A program made the translations under genes and the position numbers. This document shows, one piece after another, positions 57,101 to 64,000 of a stretch of 64,000 nt of DNA. The notes below the pieces were generated by a model that searched no databases, was not told the origin of the DNA, and saw only the letters and a program-made list of their open reading frames with translations. The stretch is from positions 1,860,001 through 1,924,000 of the forward strand of contig OZ218961.1 of the NCBI GenBank assembly GCA_965112735.1, read 5' to 3'. This stretch comes from Phaeosaccion multiseriatum (Eukaryota > Protista > Ochrophyta, other classes). How positions within the stretch are numbered: the first letter of the stretch is position 1; every line of letters starts with the position of its first letter.

Positions 57101-59226
57101 TGTGGTGTGGTGAGGTGAGGTGTAGGTCTTGTGCTGTGGTGTGGTGAGGTGAGGTGAGGTGTAGGTCTTGTGCTGTGCTGTGGTGAGGTGAGGTGTAGGT
57201 CTTGTGCTGTGGTGAGGTGAGGTGAGGTGTAGGTCTTGTGCTGTGGTGAGGTGAGGTGAGGTGTAGGTCTTGTGCTGTGGTGTGGTGAGGTGAGGTGTAG
57301 GTCTTGTGCTGTGGTGAGGTGAGGTGAGGTGTAGGTCTTGTGCTGTGGTGAGGTGAGGTGAGGTGTAGGTCTTGTGCTGTGCTGTGGTGTGGTGAGGTGA
57401 GGTGTAGGTCTTGTGCTGTGGTGTGGTGAGGTGAGGTGAGGTGTAGGTCTTGTGCTGTGGTGAGGTGAGGTGAGGTGTAGGTCTTGTGCTGTGGTGTGGT
57501 GAGGTGAGGTGTAGGTCTTGTGCTGTGCTGTGGTGAGGTGAGGTGTAGGTCTTGTGCTGTGGTGAGGTGAGGTGAGGTGTAGGTCTTGTGCTGTGTTGTG
57601 GTGTGGTGAGATGAGGTGTAGGTCTTGTGCTGTGGTGAGGTGAGGTGAGGTGTAGGTCTTGTGCTGTGGTGTGGTGAGGTGAGATGAGGTGAGGTGTAGG
57701 TCTTGTGCTGTGGTGAGGTGAGATGAGGTGTAGGTCTTGTGCTGTGGTGAGGTGAGGTGAGGTGTAGGTCTTGTGCTGTGGTGAGGTGAGGTGAGGTGTA
57801 GGTCTTGTGCTGTGGTGCGGTGAGGTGTGAGGTGTGAGGTGTGGTGTAATGTGGTAAAGTGAGGTGTGTGTGTGGTGTGGTGTGGGGTGAGGTGTGGTGT
57901 GCAACTCTCCTCTTTGTCTCTCTGTCTCTCTCTCTCATGTGCCTGCCTACCCTTCTCTCTGCCGCGCCTTTGCCCCCCCCCCCCCCGCCCCCCGGTACTG
58001 CTCACACTCTCTCCTTCCTTCCCTCTCCTTCCCTCTCTTTCCCTCTCCTCTCCTCTTCCTCTCTCTCCTTCTTCTGCCTCAGCTTTGTGGAGCTTGGCAG
58101 ACGAGCTTATCGAGGGCGCGAAGGCCAGTGGCCACAGTGGAAGCTGCTCATCTTCGCCCTCTCCGGCCCCCCTTGCACGGTACGAACACACGCCACTCTC
58201 GTACACACTCGTGCACACTCACGCACACACACTCGCATACAGACGTACACACACACACACACACACACACTCATACACACCATGACACACGCACACACGC
58301 GCACACAGACGTACACGCATACACGTACACATACACATCCACTCATAACACATACATAGACACACACGCACACACAGACTCAGTGTAATCCCTAACCCAT
58401 CCCCTCCCTTTTTCTCTTCTCATCGCTTCGCCGTGCCTGTTCCCCGCTCCCCTCCCCTCCCCTCCCCTCCCCTCTCCTCTCCTCCCTCCCCTCCTCCCCC
58501 CTTCCCCGCCCGCCTCTCCTCCAGCAGCGCAGCAAGCGAGGCTCAGCTGCAGAGCCTCATCACTCTTGGCGACGCCCTGTTGGCCCTCGTATCCGCCACA
58601 CGCTCCCTCCACCAGGCCGCTGTATCACCAACTGCTGCTGCTACAACTCCTGCCACTGCTACTGGTAGCGGTACCGCTAGTACTGCTGCTTCTTGCTCTC
58701 ATCACGCGGGACTTGCTACTGCTGCTACTGCTGCTGTATCACCAACTGCTACTGCTGACATGGATGAGGGGGGGAGTGACGCCAGACTTGCTGCAGCGTC
58801 ACAGGGCGAGTATCCGCTGCTGTGGAAGTGGTGCTGGATCTTCTCCTCCTCTGCAGGGTTGGAAGCGACGCTGCACGATCACTAGAGCCAACACCACCAG
58901 CAGCAGCAATTGGTGATACATTAGCGACAAGAGCAGCAGCAGCAGTAGTAGCAGCAATAGAAGCAGCGGGTAGAGAAGCAGCAGCAGCTGGTGATACAGC
59001 AACAGCAGCAGCATCAGTAGCAGCAGCAGAAGCAGCGGGTAGTACAGCAGCAGCAGTAGCAGCAGAGGCAGCAGCAGCAAGAGGAGGAGGAGGAGGTGGA
59101 GGAAGAGAAGGAGGGGCAGGAGGAGGAGACCCGGATGATGATGATGATGGGCCCAGCCGCAAGCAAGTTCTCGACGTGATGGGACCGCGCCTGAAGGTCA
59201 TCTTCGCCTTCGTGCTCCTCCACAAT
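52698..59226 (+). pseudogene. Hypothetical multi-exon gene or decayed gene (frame continuity not resolvable)
   Basis: Protein-like segments with splice-like ends at 52698-53173, 53249-53503, 53772-54386, 58083-58179 and 58525-59226. In-frame stops or frame shifts occur near 54170-54275 and 58780-58885. No family recognised. Confidence 0.35.
54387..57900. repeat. 3.5-kb GT-rich satellite: constant GGTGTAGGTCTTGT core plus variable pentamer modules
   Basis: Roughly 100 units of about 29-44 bp. The core is followed by combinations of GCTGT, GGTGT, GGTGA, GGTGC, GCTGA and GATGA. Confidence 0.97.
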
Positions 59227-60123
59227 GTAAGTAGTCTCTCCCTCTCTCTCTCTCTCCCTCTCTCTCTCTCGCTTTCTCTCTCTCCCTAACTCCCCCCTCT
59301 CTCTCCTTCTCTCTCTCTCTCTCTCTCTCTCGCTTTCTCTCTCTCCCTCTCTCTCCCTCTCTCTCTCTCTCTCTCCCTCTCTCTCCCTCTCTCTCTCTCT
59401 CTCTCGCTTTCTCTCTCTCTCTCCCTCCACTCTTATTTCTCTTCCCTCTCCTTTGGACCCCAAGTGTAGTGATTTCACTGTATTCTGTTAAGTACACGTA
59501 TTGGACACATTTCTATGTTACAGGTACAATGTAAGGGTGTAGAAGAAAGAAACCTGCGAAGTTTTCACACAGTCCTCCTCCTCCCCCCCACCCCACCCCT
59601 CTCTCGTCCCATCTCCCTTCCCCTGTCTATGTACGTATCACCAACTGCTGCACCACCGGGCGTCGCAGTCTTCGCTCGCCTTCTTAGAGCCTCGAATCCG
59701 CTTGGGCGCTGGTGCACAGAGAGCTCTACGGCCCCCAAGCACATCAATGCATGACCCCTACTTGACATGTACTGCTTGACATATGCTGCTTGACATGGCC
59801 AATTCAAGTGACCAGTGTCAGTTGGGTGGGGGGATTTTAGTTGTAGACCTTCTGGTCCTGGTTTCAGTTCCGGTTTGCCGCAGTTTGATGATCCACTCAG
59901 TAAGCTGAAACTGATACTGCGCGATCTTCCACAACCCACAGTACAGCAACACGTCGCCGTTGGTGGTCGCCAAACTTGGTAGTCATGTATGACCACCATG
60001 TGCAGATGACCATCCATCATGCGGACACACCATCCACCATACCATACCATGTAAAGCTACGGCTGGCTGGGAAATGACAGTGATGTACACATTCGCAGAT
60101 GGCAGTGACTGACTGTATCACCA

Positions 60124-61951
60124 TCACGTGGACATCATTTCAATGCCCTCCTCCTCGCAGTGCGCCCACGAAAAGGAGTCATAGACGTAACCAAAGGTGT
60201 TGGTGCTGGGGTTGAGACGTTCCATCACCTCGACATTGGTCATCGTATTCACGCCCCATCCCTCTCCACTCGTGTACATCTCCATGTCGAGGTTGTCCAT
60301 CTCATTCACAAGGTCAAACGGCCACACGTCCGTTGGGAAGTGACCTTTACACTCGCCCGAAGCACTCTCGGTGCTCAAGTAGACCCCCTCGTCGATGTCT
60401 GCCGTGGATGGCCAAGAGGCATCGACGAAGGGGTTGGAGAGAAGTTTGGCTTGAACGAGTCTGTCCAAGGTGGGGTGGATCGGCCAGAAGACCGGGTCCA
60501 TAGGGGAGCTCGAGAGGAGTTGATCACCCTCGTTGACGACGCCTTCGCATATCTGAGAAAGAGGGTTTGCGTTGGTTGGTTGGTTGGTTGGTTGGTTTGT
60601 GTTTGTTGTTGGGGTTCGTTTGAGCTTTGGTTGGGCCGGGTGGGGACAGTGGTGAGAAGGGGGGGGGGGGGATATAAAGCGCAGCATCACTCCAACTTGC
60701 TCTCTCTCTGTCTCTCTCTCCTGCTTCTCTCTTGCTTTCTCCTCTCTCTCGCTCTCCTCCTACTTGCTCTCTCTCTCTTGCCTCTCTCTCCCTCTTGCTC
60801 TTCCTCTCCTTTCCTCTCCCTCCCTCTCTCACCTGCTTGACCACAAGCTGTCGAACGTTGAACGGATAGGCGGCAAGCTCATCCGACACCGACTGACTGG
60901 TCACGGTATTCTCAATATCATCCAACCCCGCGATGATTGCATCCACCCCCTCCTCCGTCGCCAGATCATGTGCTAGACATCCACATATGCCTCCATCCAT
61001 CAAGTCCTGAGAGTCGATCTCGCCGATGTCAATGTCGGTTCCATCGGGCCCTTCCTTGCAGGTCCACAAATCGGCCCGAAAGAGAGTCTTGCGAATGGAG
61101 TGGACGTTGAGTGTGAGGGTGTCGGTAAGAGCGCCTGGCCCGAGAGCTGTGGTGACGGCGGCCACTGACGAACCGCAGTCGGTTACGCCCTGGAAGAGAG
61201 GGAGGGGAGGGAGGGAGAGGGGGAGGGGAGGGAGCGAGGGGGGGGGGAGGGGTGGTGGGAGGGAGGGAGGGAGGAATGAATGAAGGCAGGAAGGAAGGAA
61301 GGAAGGAAGGAAGGAAGGAAAGAAGTCTACTTGAAATCTACGATGTCGTTCACCCACTCACTCACTCACTCACCCCGACAAAGTAGTGTACCGATCCATG
61401 CGGGTGCTTCTGTGCAGCATACACATAGTCATACCACGAGGTTTCTTGATTCAAGTCCCAATGAATCGAACACGAGGGAAACGTAAACCCCACATCGATT
61501 GTCGACTCTGCTTGCTCGCAGTTATCTCCCATACCCCTTGTCAGAAACTGCCGACTGTTCGTAGACCAGCCCGACCGGAGTAAACCGTATGGACCTGGAG
61601 TGGCGAATTGGCGATCTCGCTCCGTGGCCCGGGGGATGCGGGTGAAGGCCCAGCGGCCGTCGGAAACCTCTCGAGTCTCGGGGTCGCCTTGTTTGTGGTG
61701 TGTGTTTGTGTGTGTGTGTGTGTGAGTGTGCGTGTGTGTCCGTGTATATGTATGTGTGTGTGCGTGTGTGTGCGTGTGTGTGCGTGGGTTTGTGTGATAA
61801 TGAAGCAAGGGCGGGATTGTTTGATTGATTGTTCGGTGCGTGGGGACGAAAAGGAGGAGTAATGGAGAAGTACAAGTTGTGCGTGTTGTTGCAGCAGCAG
61901 CGACAGCAGCGGCGGCAGCAGTACCAGCAGGAGCAGCAGCAGCAGCAGCAT

Positions 61952-61982
<31 letters not shown>

Positions 61983-63748
61983 TGGTGATACGGCAGCAAC
62001 ACAAACCTACCTGTTCCGAACCAATCGCTGCGGAAGACCGGACTAACGGTTTCAAGATCTCCGTAGTCGAGATGGTCAGACGTGTCAATAACGTGTGACT
62101 CAATCGTCATGTCCCAATATGGGAGGGCGAGGGTAGGGTTAATGCTCTGGAGAGAGACCTCGAAGCGGTTCGTCATGAGGATGTGGGAGGTGAGGAAACC
62201 CAGTCTGATGAAGGAGAGGGGGGGAGGGGTGAGGGAGGAGGAGGAGGAAGAGGAGGAGGAGGAGGAGGGGGAGGAGGAGGAGGAGGAGGAGGAGGAGGAG
62301 GAGGAGGAGGAGGAGGAGGAGCAGGAGGAGCAGGAGGAGGAGGAGGAGCAGGAGGAGGAGGAGGAGGAGGAGGAGGAGGAGGAGGAGGAGGAGGAGGAGG
62401 AGGAGGAGGAGGAGGAGGAGGAGGAGGAGGAGGAGGAGGAGGAGGAGGAGGAGGAGGAGGAGGAGGAGGAGGAGGAGGAGGAGGAGGAGGAGGAGGAGGA
62501 GGAGGAGGAGGAGGAGGAGGAGGAGGAGGAGGAGGAGGAGGAGGAGGAGGAGGAGGAGGAGGAGGAGGAGGAGGAGGAGGAGGAGGAGGAGGAGGAGGAG
62601 GAGGAGGAGGAGGAGGAGGAGGAGGAGGAGGAGGAGGAGGAGGAGGAGGAGGAGGAGGAGGAGGAGGAGGAGGAGGAGATAAGTGTAAGGAGATGAGCAC
62701 GAGTATGGCCTGGTAGGTGGATGGCTCAGCACTTCGACATTCGGAATCGAGGAGGTCTATTTTCGGGGCCTGAGTTTGGGGGGTGGGTTGTGTTGTCAGA
62801 GTAAAGAAGCAAGGAAGTTGCGGATCCCCTTTCGTCCCCTCCCTCTGTAGACCGCGTGCTCCCTCTCTGCCCCCAACCCCCCCGTCCGGCCCCTTGTCTC
62901 ACAAGGAACCAGCCATCACCTTCGCTCCCTCCTCCCCCACTCGCTCACTCAATCACACACTCACTCACTCACTCACTCAATCACTCACTCACTCACTCAC
63001 TCACTCACCCACTCACTCACTCACTCACTCACTCACTCACCCCTCGTGGAAATGGTCGCACACTATATCCGCCGCGGCTCGGAAGTGCAGCTGTGTCAGT
63101 GTCTCAATGTCGGCATAGTGGCTACCGAATCGCTTCTGCCCCTCCGCGGTGCTGATACGCCACATGGTGAACATCGCGTCAAAGAAGGCTTCTCGGTCTT
63201 CGTCAGAGAGACGTCGAATCTCCCTGCGGACGTACTTGCACACCACTGTCTTCTGGAACGTCTCCACCACTACACCACCATTGCGACTGCTGCTGTTGCT
63301 GTTGCTGTTGCTGCTGCCCTCCTTCCCACCGTGGTCTCGACTTGTCTGATGTGCTTCGCCTGGACCTGACGTGCTTGGAGTGATGTGAGGAGCACCAGCA
63401 GCAGTGTGGGTGGTGCCTGTGGTGACAGTAACTCGAATGTCGTGGACTTCCAGCTCCTCAAATACGTGCGTGGCGCCGTTTCCTTCCAATACGGTCTCTC
63501 GCCCACTCGGACTGGTGATGGTCCACACTACACGGCTCAGCTGCTGCTGCTGCTTCTGCTTCGACAACTGCGGGTGCAAAAGGAGAAGCGTAGACTCCAC
63601 ATACGGCTCCACCAGCTGCTTGTCACCGCCTTTGTCGTCGTCTGCCTCCTCAGACTGTAGCCAGGACAAGTGCGAACCGTCGAATGGGCCGTCTCTGCGC
63701 GTGTAGTAGTTGTCAATCACCACTTCTGCAGTGCCGGAGGTTGGAGCC

Positions 63749-63806
<58 letters not shown>

Positions 63807-64000
63807 CTTCTCGAAGAGTAATGGCCGCTCCTTTCGCTTTCATTATAATCCCTCCTCCTCCTCTTCCTCCTTCTGTAACTGAGGCTTTTGCTACGGGTAA
63901 TGACGACGCCGCCGATGGGGTTGAAGCCGAAGAGGAGCCACCATCCACTAAGGGAGAGGATACAGGAGCAGGAGAAACGGGGAAGAAGCCTCTTACTGCC
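60124..64000 (-). CDS. Tyrosinase-like type-3 copper protein (5' end at or beyond window edge)
   Basis: CKYVRREIRRLSDEDREAFFDAM; CuA region QLHF...CDHFHEG|LGFLTSH; ALPYWD; CuB region HPHGSVHYFVG and SSPMDPVFWPIHPTLDRL. Confidence 0.9.
62230..62678. repeat. (GAG)n microsatellite, ~150 units, intronic
   Basis: Nearly pure GAG tract in a tyrosinase intron. Confidence 0.97.

Noticed and set aside
54387-57900. CRISPR-like array (constant repeat plus variable spacers)
   Set aside because: The spacers are permutations of a few pentamers rather than unique sequences, there are no cas genes, and the context is eukaryotic.
54190-58218. Three 1190-1340-aa ORFs on the minus strand
   Set aside because: All three frames are open only because the C/A-rich satellite strand lacks stop codons, and the same peptides recur in every frame.

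Overview
Eukaryotic nuclear DNA, gene-dense and intron-rich, with introns packed with microsatellites ((GGGA)n, (CACT)n, (GA)n, (CA)n, (GAG)n). It is probably from a photosynthetic stramenopile (ochrophyte); this is inferred from one signal-peptide-plus-AF bipartite N-terminus and the gene content. About 12 spliced genes can be reconstructed by hand: a mitochondrial tricarboxylate-type carrier, an SPFH/band-7 protein, a hypothetical membrane protein, RPL7 (uL30), a PhyH-family Fe/2OG dioxygenase, an RNase II/RNB exoribonuclease with CCCH fingers inserted in the catalytic domain, an ARM-repeat protein, UFD2/UBE4, a TKL-like kinase, NOP10, a disrupted hypothetical gene carrying a 3.5-kb satellite, and a partial tyrosinase-like gene. 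Four signals stand out. (1) RPL7 intron 1 holds three copies of a conserved-loop hairpin with different but complementary stems, together with a candidate stop-containing cassette exon whose 5' splice site lies inside one hairpin; this is a putative autoregulatory RNA switch. (2) A 15-bp word, CAGTTGGTGATACAG, is dispersed at least 30 times on both strands, in introns and in several reading frames of unrelated exons. (3) The RNB-CCCH domain architecture is unusual. (4) The satellite is built from modular pentamers. Most ORFs in the supplied track are artefacts of simple repeats. All exon boundaries and motif counts were done by eye.
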